A stretch of DNA of 64,000 nt from Acidobacteriota bacterium. Its GTDB lineage: Bacteria > Acidobacteriota > Vicinamibacteria > Vicinamibacterales > UBA2999. Location: the NCBI GenBank assembly GCA_021731165.1, contig JAKFXY010000029.1:9291-73290 (forward strand), written 5' to 3'. The notes beneath the pieces are model-generated. The model was given only the letters and a program-made list of their open reading frames with translations. It was not told where the DNA came from and ran no database searches. Shown here piece by piece: positions 43,258 through 52,682 of the stretch (position 1 is its first letter; each line of letters opens with the position of its first letter). The translations under genes and the position numbers were made by a program.

Positions 43258-44721
43258 ATGCTACAGCCGGGACCGCGACTCCTGTTTGCGCTCAATGAAC
43301 CGGGCTACTTCCGCCTCTATGGCTCCACGATCGTCGAGATGGCGCGGCGCGGATGGGACGTGGCGCTCGTCTTCGACAAACCGAACAGACGGGGTGTGGA
43401 CGCGCAGTTGCCAGCCGGCGCTGGAGGCAGCGTACGATCGTTGGGCGCATTGCCGGACGCGGTGTCGCCGGCGATGGCGACGCTGAGGCTTGGTCTCGAC
43501 TACCTGCGATATCTCGAGCCTTCTTTCGCGGAGGCGACATACCTGCGGAGCCGCGCGGAAAAGCACCTGCCCCGCGCGCTCGGATTCCTCGCGCGCGTCA
43601 AGCGGCTGCCGCGGTGGGTGGTGTCTGTCGCCATCGCGCTCGGCCGAGCCGTTGAACGCGTCGTCCCGGTCAGCCGCGCCATGCTGGCGTTTGTTCGAGA
43701 GGCGCGCCCGGACGTGATCGTTGTCAGCCCGGTGGTCATCATCGGCGACGGCGGCGTCCGTCAGACTGAACTGATGAAGGCGGGCCGCGCGTTGCGCATT
43801 CCCGTTGTCGTGGGTGTGGCGAGCTGGGATCACCTGACGAGCAAAGGGCTCCTCCGCCTCGTTCCCGACGCCGTCACCGTGTGGAACGAGACGCAGGCCG
43901 ACGAGGCGGTTCGGCTCCACCGCATCCCCAGGTCGCGCGTGGTGGTCACGGGCGCGCAGTCGCTCGACCACTGGTTCGAGGCCGCGTCCCCGGATGCGGT
44001 GCCGGCGTTCAGGCGGAACCTTGGTATCGACGACCACCGGCGCGTCGTCCTGCTCGTGGGTTCATCGGCGAACATGGCGCCAGGCGACTCGGAGCCGCAG
44101 TTCGCACGGCGCTGGCTTCGAGCCCTGCGCGCGTCGGCCAACGCAGAGCTGAGCGGGGCCTTCGTCATCGTCAGGCCGCATCCAGGTAATACCGAGCCGT
44201 GGCAACAGGTGGACCTCGGCGATCCGACGGCCGTCATTCATCCCATAACCTATTCAGGAATGCCGTTGAATGACGCGGAGGTCGAGACATTCCGGCGGTC
44301 GCTCCTGGCCAGTGACGCGGTGGTGGGCATCAACACGACGGCGATGATCGAGGCCGCGATCCTGAGAAAGCCTGTGTTGTCCATCCGCGATGAGGCCTTC
44401 GCGCACAGCCAGCGGCAAACGCTGCATTTCGGCTACTTGTCTGATGACCGTGAGGGATTTGTCGCGACGGCGAACTCGATGCCGGAGCATGTCGTCGAGC
44501 TCGAACGGCTGTTCACACACGGACCGAACCTCGAGGCCGCGGACCGGTTCGTTGGCCGTTTCGTCCGTCCGCTCGGTATGGGGCAACCCGCGACCGGGCA
44601 GCTATGCGACGTGATCGAGCGGATGATACCCATGGTGCCGGGGCGCGAAGTGTCGGGCCCCGCCTCAACGGCCGAGGAATCACGCTGGACTCCCTCGCAC
44701 GTGCGTACCGGCCGGCAGTGA
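43258..44721 (+). CDS. Unassigned GT-B-like module protein (family G, copy B)
   Basis: ATG at 43258 (MLQPGPRLLFALNEPGYFRLY...RRGWDVAL). Also present: ASWDHLTSKG, VWNETQ, VTGAQ, RPHPGN, INTTAMIEAAILRKPV, QTLHFGYL and FVRPLG. Confidence 0.6.
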   Translation: MLQPGPRLLFALNEPGYFRLYGSTIVEMARRGWDVALVFDKPNRRGVDAQLPAGAGGSVRSLGALPDAVSPAMATLRLGLDYLRYLEPSFAEATYLRSRAEKHLPRALGFLARVKRLPRWVVSVAIALGRAVERVVPVSRAMLAFVREARPDVIVVSPVVIIGDGGVRQTELMKAGRALRIPVVVGVASWDHLTSKGLLRLVPDAVTVWNETQADEAVRLHRIPRSRVVVTGAQSLDHWFEAASPDAVPAFRRNLGIDDHRRVVLLVGSSANMAPGDSEPQFARRWLRALRASANAELSGAFVIVRPHPGNTEPWQQVDLGDPTAVIHPITYSGMPLNDAEVETFRRSLLASDAVVGINTTAMIEAAILRKPVLSIRDEAFAHSQRQTLHFGYLSDDREGFVATANSMPEHVVELERLFTHGPNLEAADRFVGRFVRPLGMGQPATGQLCDVIERMIPMVPGREVSGPASTAEESRWTPSHVRTGRQ

Positions 44722-45647
44722 GCGCGCGCAGCCCACTCGGTTCGAACGTCCCTGGCGTCACGGCCGAGCTGTTGGACCGCACCTTCGAGCCATACGTACT
44801 CGAGACCCTCGATCGCGACGATCCGCGCTGGCGCGAGCGGGTGGCCCGGATCGAGGAGACACCGCCAGGTCCGTCGAGGGTTCGCAGCAAGGGAATGACG
44901 AGCGAGGGCGAGCGGACGACGGCGGGAGTCGCGTCGCACTACGACGAACTATGGTCGGCCATCAGCCTCGATGAGGCGCTGCACGGACCGCATACGTCCT
45001 GGTTTGAATGGCGCCACCGTGGCGTGCAGGCACGCACGATCGGGCTGAAGCGCGTCTTCCAGCTCTACCTGATGCGGGTGCTCGAATGGCTGCGGCCCGC
45101 CTCCGTCACCGAGGTCGGCTTCGGCTGGGGGTTGAACCTGCTGACGTTGTCCGTACAGTGTCCCGACGTGCGCTTCGGCGGTGTCGAGTTGACCGATGCG
45201 GGCGTGCGGACGGCGCGCGCGCTGGCCGCGGACGCCCGGACGCCGGATCTGCTACGGGAGTTCGTCGTGGATGAGGTGCGCGACGTCAGCGCTCTTCAAC
45301 GTCTTGACCTTCGACAGGGAAGTGCGGAGGCGCTGCCCCTTGCCGACCGCTCCGTAGACATGGTGATCACCGTACTCGCGCTCGAGCAGATGAATCGCAT
45401 TCGCGAGTCCGCCCTGCGTGAGATCGCGCGCGTGGCGCGCCGCCATGTGGTGATGATCGAGCCGTTCCGCGACTGGAACGAAGACGGGCACCGCCGCGAA
45501 CACATCCGCCGCAATGACTATTGGTCTGCGGCGATCGACGACCTTCCCGCTTTCGGGCTGACCCCGATCGTCGCCACCGCCGATGTGCCGCAGAAGCTGA
45601 AGTTCCACACGGGCATCGTCGTCGCCGAGGTCTCGGGCGGACGGTGA
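44718..45647 (+). CDS. Class I SAM-dependent methyltransferase
   Basis: GTG at 44718 overlaps the upstream stop (GTGA). An ATG further in (MTSEGE...) is also possible. Motif I is VTEVGFGWGLNLL, followed by VDMVITVLALEQM...ARRHVVMIEP. Confidence 0.65.
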   Translation: MSARSPLGSNVPGVTAELLDRTFEPYVLETLDRDDPRWRERVARIEETPPGPSRVRSKGMTSEGERTTAGVASHYDELWSAISLDEALHGPHTSWFEWRHRGVQARTIGLKRVFQLYLMRVLEWLRPASVTEVGFGWGLNLLTLSVQCPDVRFGGVELTDAGVRTARALAADARTPDLLREFVVDEVRDVSALQRLDLRQGSAEALPLADRSVDMVITVLALEQMNRIRESALREIARVARRHVVMIEPFRDWNEDGHRREHIRRNDYWSAAIDDLPAFGLTPIVATADVPQKLKFHTGIVVAEVSGGR

Positions 45648-45670
45648 GGGCGCCGGAAGCCGACAAGCCC

Positions 45671-47893
45671 ATGCGGTTTCTCCTGGTCGTCAAGCAGAAG
45701 AAGAACGTCGAAGCGTTTCTCGGCACGTTGCGGTGCCTCGTCGAACGCGGGCATTCGGTGACGCTTGCCGTGCAGGAGCGCGACGAGAAGCGGGATGAAC
45801 GGCTGGCCGCCGCGATTGACGAGGCGCGTTTCACCGTCGTCCGGTGTGCCGAGGTCCGGTCCGACGACTGGACCGGCGTGGCGAGTCTGTTGCGCCGGTT
45901 GCGTGATTCGGTCCACTATCTTCGCCCGCAGATGCGATCGGCTACGAAGCTGCGGGCTCGCGCGATCGAGCGACTCCGGCAGGACCTGCGGTTCGATGCC
46001 GAGACGCCGAGTCTTGCCCGGTCGCTGCAAGCGGTTCCCGACGATCAGGTTCGCCGGCTCGACACGATCCTCGCGCTGGCAGAGCAGGGGCTGCCGAGCG
46101 ACCCGCTATTCGAGGAACTGCTGGCCGCCGAGCGCCCCGATGTACTGCTGCTTTCGCCCCTCGTACACTTCGGGCCGGCGCAGGCGGACCTTGTCGCCAG
46201 CGCCCGTCGTCTGGGCATGCCCGTGTGGATGCTGCTGTACAGCTGGGACAACCTGAGCACCAAGGGGGCGATTCACCGGTGGCCGGACCGCATGTTCGTC
46301 TGGAACGAGCGGCAGCGGCTGGAGGCACAGGCGCTGCACGGCTTTCCACCCGAGCGGGTCGTGGTTGTCGGTGCTCCTCGCTTCGACGCGTTCTTTTCGC
46401 TGAAGCCGCTGATGACCGCCGCACAGTTTCATGAGCCGCTCGGTCTGGATCCGGCCCGGCCAACTCTTCTGTACGTCTGCTCGTCGCGCTTCGTGTCGGA
46501 GAGCGAGCTGGGGTTCGTCACGCGCTGGATTGGCGCGCTCCGGGCGTCCACATCCGATCTGCTCCGGGGGTGCAATGTTGTCGTTCGACCGCATCCCGAT
46601 ATCGATCTCCTGCCGGCCGACGCGCTGACCGAGCGCCAGCGTTGGCCGGCGGCGCCCGATTTCCTCGCGCGCGTGGGCCGGCCGTTTAGAGATCCGCGGG
46701 CGATCGTGCTCGTCACGTCGAACAGCACGCCGCAGGGGCTGTTCGAATCAATCACCCACAGCGCGGCGGTAGTCGGGCTCAATACGACCGCGGAGCTCGA
46801 GGCCGGTATCGTCGGACGTCCGGTGTTCACGATCCTCGCGGACGAGCGCGATGCCGACGGGCAGAGCGGCACCGTTCACTTCCACTACCTGACACAGGAG
46901 GCCGGCGGCTTTGTCTCCACCGCCGCGAGCCTCGACACGCACCTGGGACAACTTGATGCCGCTCTCCGTCAGGGAGTGGATCCGGGACCGATTCGCGCGT
47001 TCGTCGAATCGTTTCTCCGGCCGCACGGCATTGACAGAGCCGTGGCCCCGATTTTTGCAGAGGCCCTGGAGCAGGCCGCGGCCGCCCCTTCCACCGTCGG
47101 AGACGGGGAGCATGTACCCGTCGCTGCCGCCGACCTCGACAGCGTCCTCGCATCCCGCTCTGAGGCCGATCGGCCATTGCTGCGGATCGCGTACGACGTC
47201 GTGCCGGCGCTGCACGTGTATGCGACAGCCGGCGCCCTGCGGCTCGCTCATGAGGGGGCCGTGCCTGCGGATCCCTCGACGGTGGAGTGGATTGAGCGGG
47301 AGGTTGCGCTGGGCGACGTGGTATACGACATCGGATCCGGCATCGGTGAGTATGTCGTGATTGCGGCCAAGCGTCGGGGCGCGGTGGTGGTGGCGTTTGA
47401 ACCGGGGTACGCAGCCCATGCCGACTTGTGTGACAACGTGCTGTTGAATAACTGCGAGGCGCTGGTCGTGCCCATCCCTCTTGCGTTGGCGGCACGGGAC
47501 GGACTGGCCGAGCTGAAGTACCTGCCGGGACAGCCTGGCGATGCAGGCTACCTGGTCCGCGACGACATCGATTGGCGGGTCAGGCACCGTGGAAGGAACA
47601 AGCCGTACCTGCAGCCCGCGTGCCTGGTGCGTCTCGACACGATTGTCGAGCGGCACCGGCTTCCGGCGCCGCATCATCTGCGCCTCTCGCCGCTCGTCTC
47701 GTCGGTACAGGCTGTACTCGCCGGGGCTCCATCGACGCTGCAGCTCCCATCGCTCAAGACGATCCTTTTCAACGTGACGCTCGAGACCGAAGCGTCGATT
47801 GTTAACGGCCTTGCACCGTTCGGATGGATTCCAAGGACGGCGCCCGCGCGTCCTGGTGGTGGGCCACTCGTGTTCGGAAGGGCATCCGGATGA
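45671..47893 (+). CDS. Fusion protein: unassigned GT-B-like module (family G, copy C) plus a C-terminal FkbM-type methyltransferase domain
   Basis: 740 aa from the ATG at 45671. The N-terminal ~480 aa carry MRFLLVVKQ...ERGHSVTL, YSWDNLSTKG, VWNERQ, VVGAP, LYVCSS, RPHPD, LNTTAELEAGIVGRPV, GTVHFHYL and FLRPHG. The C-terminal ~230 aa (nt ~47200-47890) carry VYDIGSGIGEYVVIAAKRRGAVVVAFEPGYAAHADLCDNVLLN (FkbM motif). Confidence 0.65.
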   Translation: MRFLLVVKQKKNVEAFLGTLRCLVERGHSVTLAVQERDEKRDERLAAAIDEARFTVVRCAEVRSDDWTGVASLLRRLRDSVHYLRPQMRSATKLRARAIERLRQDLRFDAETPSLARSLQAVPDDQVRRLDTILALAEQGLPSDPLFEELLAAERPDVLLLSPLVHFGPAQADLVASARRLGMPVWMLLYSWDNLSTKGAIHRWPDRMFVWNERQRLEAQALHGFPPERVVVVGAPRFDAFFSLKPLMTAAQFHEPLGLDPARPTLLYVCSSRFVSESELGFVTRWIGALRASTSDLLRGCNVVVRPHPDIDLLPADALTERQRWPAAPDFLARVGRPFRDPRAIVLVTSNSTPQGLFESITHSAAVVGLNTTAELEAGIVGRPVFTILADERDADGQSGTVHFHYLTQEAGGFVSTAASLDTHLGQLDAALRQGVDPGPIRAFVESFLRPHGIDRAVAPIFAEALEQAAAAPSTVGDGEHVPVAAADLDSVLASRSEADRPLLRIAYDVVPALHVYATAGALRLAHEGAVPADPSTVEWIEREVALGDVVYDIGSGIGEYVVIAAKRRGAVVVAFEPGYAAHADLCDNVLLNNCEALVVPIPLALAARDGLAELKYLPGQPGDAGYLVRDDIDWRVRHRGRNKPYLQPACLVRLDTIVERHRLPAPHHLRLSPLVSSVQAVLAGAPSTLQLPSLKTILFNVTLETEASIVNGLAPFGWIPRTAPARPGGGPLVFGRASG

Positions 47894-48771
47894 GCGACCC
47901 GGTGGGCGATCTGCCGGAGGCGCGGACCCCATCCGCCAAGCGGCCCAAGACTGGCCCCGCGCGCGTGGAGCACCTGCGCGCGGAGGTGGAGCGTCTGTCG
48001 CTCAAAGCGCGCGTCCAGTTGCTCGACGGCCTCAAGCCGCGCCTGGTCTCGGACGCTCCTGGCGGCGGGCGGTTCAGCGTGCGGTCGCTCTCCGAGTACA
48101 AGCGGGTGATGAAGCAGAAACCGTGGGACGTCCCGATCGAGGAGTGGATCGCCACGTTCCGGCCGTCGGAAGTGTTCTACGACATCGGTGCCAACACCGG
48201 CGCCTTCTCTCTGCTCGCGGGGAGGTTGCACGGTGAGGGTGTGCGGGTCGTGGCGTTCGAACCGGGGTTCGAGACGTTCGAGTCGCTGGTGCAGAACATC
48301 CTGCTCAATAGTCTTGGTCGCGTGATCACCCCGCTGCAGGTCGCGCTGTTCGACGAGACGGGCCTGAGGCCGTTCAACTACTACAACATGGGTGCGGGGA
48401 GTGCACGCCACGTCGTGGGCGAGCCAGATCATTCTGCCGGGTGTGCGTTCGAGCCCGTCGCCGTGCAGCCGGTGCTGGCCTTCCGGCTCGACGACCTTGT
48501 CGAGCGTTTTTGCCTGCCGGCCCCGACGCGCATCAAGCTGGACGTCGATGGCGTCGAGGCGCGTGTGCTGGCCGGCGCTGAGCGCACGTTGTCAGCAGGG
48601 GCCTGCGAACTATGGGTGGAACTCTCCGAGACGGGTCCGAACGATCCGGGGTCGGCACAGATCGTCGGCCTGCTCGAGCGATGTGGCTATGCGATCGCCC
48701 GGCGCCTCGACCACGACAAGGCACCGGGCGTCTACCCGCGGGTCTCCGACGTGTTGTTCGTGAAGCGCTAG
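47890..48771 (+). CDS. FkbM-family methyltransferase
   Basis: ATG at 47890 overlaps the upstream stop (ATGA). FYDIGANTGAFSLLAGRL...VRVVAFEPGFETFESLVQNILLN and IKLDVDGVEARVL are present. Confidence 0.8.
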   Translation: MSDPVGDLPEARTPSAKRPKTGPARVEHLRAEVERLSLKARVQLLDGLKPRLVSDAPGGGRFSVRSLSEYKRVMKQKPWDVPIEEWIATFRPSEVFYDIGANTGAFSLLAGRLHGEGVRVVAFEPGFETFESLVQNILLNSLGRVITPLQVALFDETGLRPFNYYNMGAGSARHVVGEPDHSAGCAFEPVAVQPVLAFRLDDLVERFCLPAPTRIKLDVDGVEARVLAGAERTLSAGACELWVELSETGPNDPGSAQIVGLLERCGYAIARRLDHDKAPGVYPRVSDVLFVKR

Positions 48772-48815
48772 GGAGCACGGTCGCTCAATGAGGCAGCCGT
48801 CCAAGTTGGTCTGAC

Positions 48816-51161
48816 ATGCGCGGCATTCGCAGCGAGAACATCCGGTTGGCGGTACTGGCGCCCGTTCTGCTCGGCGTCGCCGCGGTCATCACCAGCCGAA
48901 TCGAGGTTGGTGGCGGAGCCGGGTGGGACGGGCGACTGTACGTGAGCCTGCTCCAGGGACGCCTGGACGAAGCGACGCACAACATCCTCATGCGCCCGGC
49001 GGTGATCCTGCTGAACGTGCCGGCCTACCTCGCTCTGGGAAACCCGATCGCGGCCTTCGCGGCGATGAACTACGTCTACGCGTTCGCGCTCGCGTTCGCC
49101 GTATGCTCCCTGTACGACCGCTATTGCACCGATCCGGCCGGCAAGCGGTGGCTCGTCGTGAATTTGTTCCTGTGCATCTCGGTCGCTCGCATGTTCGCGT
49201 TCTACCCGACACTCATCGACCTTGGCGCGTGCGCGGTCCTCGCGCTGGCGACGCTCGCGGTGTTGCGGGGGCCGAGGTGGCTGCGACTGATTGCGTGCCT
49301 GGCGGCGGTGTTGTCACGAGAGTTCGGTATCGGCCTTCCGATCTTCGGGTTCATCCGTGAAGTGCGAATGACCAGGCGGGTCGGGCCAGCGCTTCTCACG
49401 TACGCGCCGGCGGTTGCCCTGTTCGCCGGTATGCGCTGGGTGGTGTCCAGGCTGATGCCCGGTCTCATCCAGGAGGACGCGCGACTCCTCGTCCAGGCGC
49501 TGGACAACCTCAAAAACCCGGTGTTCGTACTCCTGTTCGCCTACTTTCTTCTGACGGTGTTCGGCGGCGTCAGCCTTGCGGTTGTCGTCGCCGGCCGGCG
49601 TGTATGGGCGCTCTTCCGTCGCGAAATCGAGTGGGCCGCGTTCCTCGTGGTCGTGATTCCCGTCACGCTGTTGACCCACGACATCTGGCGTTATCTGATG
49701 TTTCTCGCGCCCGTCGTCGTCGTGCTGTTCGCGACTGCGTGGGATGCCACGCCACCCGCCCGCCGCCGCACGTTCGGCATCGCACTCACTGTCGCCACGC
49801 TTCTCACGCAGCGACCGTGGGACGCCGTTAACGAGTTCGTCTATTTTCGCGACTGGTTCCCCTTCTACAGCGAGCTCGGGTTGCTGCCATCCGATGTCGC
49901 AGTGGACCTGTGGCCGCTATGGGCATGGCGTCTCGTCTTCGTGGCGGGCGCAACATGGGTTCTCCTGGAGGTTGCCGCGTCCCGCGAGCACACAAGAGAT
50001 GTCCCCGCCGTTGCCAGCCGCGGCGGTGCGGTGTGGGCCGCGTTCGCGATAGCGCTGGGCAGCGTGGTGGTCGAATGGCCGCCATATCCCGCGGTGCTAC
50101 AAGGCTGCCTCGTGGCGCTGGCGCTCGTTCTCGTGGGGTGGCAGCTGACCCGCTCGGGATGGGGAGTCGCCGCCGGAGTCGCGTTCGCATGGCTGATCGA
50201 CCCGGCGCCACGGGCGTGGCCCGCGCTGGCTGTGACGGCGGCGGGCTTGGCGCTGGTACCGTGGTATCTCGAACGCCCCGCGCCCGCCCGCGCAGCCGCG
50301 TTCGCGGCGTTCACGCTGCTGGCGACAGCGGCATCTCCCCTCGTCGGGGTGATCTTCGGCGTTACCCTGCTGGTCCTGGCCCTGACGCGCGAGCGGCCAC
50401 GGTCGTGGGCCGCTGCGCTGACCATCGTGCTGGTTGCCGCGATCGTCACGATGGGAATATGGCGGGGGCTCGCCGAAGGCCACGAGCGGTCCGTGTGGCG
50501 ATCGGGTGACGTGCTGGCCGTCAACCCGCCGTCGGTGGCTCCGCGCTTCGTGAACGTACGGTGGAGCCCAGCCGTGGATGCGGTGACGCGGGCGGAACTC
50601 GAGCGACGCTACGGAATGGAGCCCTCCCGGCCAGAGGGCGATAGGACGTGGCACTACCGCCTCGGCGCGACCTCACGTGTCGCCGACATCCTCGCCGACC
50701 CGCGTGTCGAAGACACGGCCTATTTCGAACGGCTCGACTCGCGGTGGCGCCTGAGCAGGCTTCTCGGAGCAGCCACGCTCTCTCGGCTCGAACCGGGCCC
50801 AGGCGTTGACCTCGCCGCGCTGGCGCGCGTCGCCCTGCGCGCCCAGGTCTGGCTCATTCCGCTGGGCATCGCGATTCTTGCGACCGTGATTCGCGTCGAG
50901 AGTGGCCAGGCGGCGTTCCTCATGGCGATGGCGATTGTCGCGGCCGTTGGGGCCGCGACGCTGGGCAATATCGGCGATCGTTTCTCGTGGGCCGCGCCGA
51001 CGGCACTGGCCGCGCTGACGGGAGTGGCCGCCGGGTTCAGCGTGGCTCGGCAGGGCGCGACGTGGCGGCATCTGGCGATCCGGGCGGCGCTCTCTGCCTT
51101 GTTTCTCGTGAACGCCTGGTTCGCGGCGCTGGCGGGACAGTTCGCCGACACAGTGCGGTAG
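48816..51161 (+). CDS. Orphan giant polytopic membrane protein (781 aa)
   Basis: ATG start. Roughly 18 or more hydrophobic helices interrupted by one ~100-aa soluble loop (residues ~565-660). No family recognised. Confidence 0.6.
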   Translation: MRGIRSENIRLAVLAPVLLGVAAVITSRIEVGGGAGWDGRLYVSLLQGRLDEATHNILMRPAVILLNVPAYLALGNPIAAFAAMNYVYAFALAFAVCSLYDRYCTDPAGKRWLVVNLFLCISVARMFAFYPTLIDLGACAVLALATLAVLRGPRWLRLIACLAAVLSREFGIGLPIFGFIREVRMTRRVGPALLTYAPAVALFAGMRWVVSRLMPGLIQEDARLLVQALDNLKNPVFVLLFAYFLLTVFGGVSLAVVVAGRRVWALFRREIEWAAFLVVVIPVTLLTHDIWRYLMFLAPVVVVLFATAWDATPPARRRTFGIALTVATLLTQRPWDAVNEFVYFRDWFPFYSELGLLPSDVAVDLWPLWAWRLVFVAGATWVLLEVAASREHTRDVPAVASRGGAVWAAFAIALGSVVVEWPPYPAVLQGCLVALALVLVGWQLTRSGWGVAAGVAFAWLIDPAPRAWPALAVTAAGLALVPWYLERPAPARAAAFAAFTLLATAASPLVGVIFGVTLLVLALTRERPRSWAAALTIVLVAAIVTMGIWRGLAEGHERSVWRSGDVLAVNPPSVAPRFVNVRWSPAVDAVTRAELERRYGMEPSRPEGDRTWHYRLGATSRVADILADPRVEDTAYFERLDSRWRLSRLLGAATLSRLEPGPGVDLAALARVALRAQVWLIPLGIAILATVIRVESGQAAFLMAMAIVAAVGAATLGNIGDRFSWAAPTALAALTGVAAGFSVARQGATWRHLAIRAALSALFLVNAWFAALAGQFADTVR

Positions 51162-51181
51162 GAGAGCCCAGCGTCCGGTTG

Positions 51182-52627
51182 CTACCGTCTTGCGCGCTGG
51201 CCTAGTCGGTATCCGGCGGCCACGTGCGCGGCACACAGCAACGCGACGCACCAGAACGCGAAGACGAAGTCCATTCCATGCACCGGGACAAGCGCCCGTG
51301 GCGCCGCCACCCATGCCAGATAGACCAGCGCACCCCCAATCAGTAGCTGGCCCGGCGACGGCGCGTGCGTCCAGCGCACACCGACGCTGGCCACCGCTCC
51401 GACGATCGCCGCCCATGCCGCGGCGAACAGGAGCCACTGTCCGATGCTGAGGCGCAGGTAGCGCGCGCGGAAGTTCTGAAGGAGGTCGTGACCATAACGC
51501 GCCACGTCACGCGGATCGACTGTAATGCTGGGCACGATGGCAGGCCAGGCGTAGTCCCATCGTTTGGGTGCCATGAAGGTCGTATAGGCGAGGAACGGTC
51601 CGAGCTCGCCGGCGCCCGACACGAGTGTGCCGGCATATTCGATTGGATGGCTGAGCGCGTAGTCGATGAACAGTGGTCGCGCCGCCGCGTCCGGTCCTTC
51701 TGTCCGCTCGATTTGTCGTGCCCGCTCCTCAATATAAGCGTCAACGGAACGGTCTTCGTAGTACAAGCCGAGCGCGTTCGGGTAGCGTCCGACACCCTCG
51801 AGCAATTGATACCAGATGCCGTGGGCCGGAGGCCGCTGGAGGTAGGACCAGCGCCAGCCCTGCCATCGGTTCATGTGACGATCCCGATGAACCTTGATCC
51901 CCGCCGGGACCAAGACGGTCAACATCACGTAGCCGCCGAGGATGGCGCCGGCGACGGCGAGCCGCCGGGCGCGGACCCCGAATATGACGATGAGGGTCAG
52001 GGTAAGCAGCGCGGCGAGACCGTGCGAGTGGCGGATGAGATCGACGGCGCCGACCAGCATTCCGATTCCGACCGCTCCAGCAACCCGCGCGCGGCTGCGT
52101 GCATGCCCGTCGAGGGTGCCGAGCCACGCCACCAGAGCCGCGAGCACCAGCGGAGAGAAGATTGACGTCGAGGTCTGATTGGAAACCTGTCCGTAGATCA
52201 GCATCGAGAGCCGTGAGCCAAGGGTGAGTAACACCGCCAGGACGACGACTCCGGTCCAGAGCGAGCGAAAGCGTGCGCCCACCGCCCACGCAAACAGCAC
52301 CGCCGCGCAGACGAACGTCACGGCATGCCCTTGCGCGATCCGTGCGCCCGTCAATTCGACGCCGGCGAACGAGGCGATCTGCAGCGCCAGCATGTACCCT
52401 TCGTCGTCGATGCTGACACTCTCGAGCGGCGAGCCGTCGTGGCGGATCAACATCGCGCCATGGCGGGCCGGCGCGTTCGCGTGCAGGAGCATGGCGTCGA
52501 GGCCCACGCGGCCCTCGGTTTCAGACGCCATGTAGTACTGAGCGCTCCGCGCGGCCACGGTCGGATCGGCCCGCCAGACGCCGCTTGCCGCGGCCAGCGC
52601 GAGAAGGCACATCGGCAGCAGCGTCAT
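51182..52627 (-). CDS. Orphan polytopic membrane protein with an N-terminal periplasmic-looking domain
   Basis: ORF 51182..52729. I prefer the ATG at 52627 (MTLLPMCLLALAAAS...), 55 bp after the wzt stop, because 52729 would overlap wzt by 47 nt. No family recognised. Confidence 0.55.
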   Translation of the reverse strand: MTLLPMCLLALAAASGVWRADPTVAARSAQYYMASETEGRVGLDAMLLHANAPARHGAMLIRHDGSPLESVSIDDEGYMLALQIASFAGVELTGARIAQGHAVTFVCAAVLFAWAVGARFRSLWTGVVVLAVLLTLGSRLSMLIYGQVSNQTSTSIFSPLVLAALVAWLGTLDGHARSRARVAGAVGIGMLVGAVDLIRHSHGLAALLTLTLIVIFGVRARRLAVAGAILGGYVMLTVLVPAGIKVHRDRHMNRWQGWRWSYLQRPPAHGIWYQLLEGVGRYPNALGLYYEDRSVDAYIEERARQIERTEGPDAAARPLFIDYALSHPIEYAGTLVSGAGELGPFLAYTTFMAPKRWDYAWPAIVPSITVDPRDVARYGHDLLQNFRARYLRLSIGQWLLFAAAWAAIVGAVASVGVRWTHAPSPGQLLIGGALVYLAWVAAPRALVPVHGMDFVFAFWCVALLCAAHVAAGYRLGQRARR

Positions 52628-52682
52628 CGTCACCGCGGGTGGCCATTGGGTCAGCCGGCCGCGCGTGTGGCGATCGAGCAAA

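Noticed and set aside
41770-47893. Assignment of the family-G modules to beta-Kdo transferases (KpsC/KpsS/WbbB type) because of the RPHP (HP) motif and the tandem architecture
   Set aside because: I could not find the companion QxxxKD motif, and the remaining motifs do not match what I recall of those families. The comparison is kept only as an architectural analogy.
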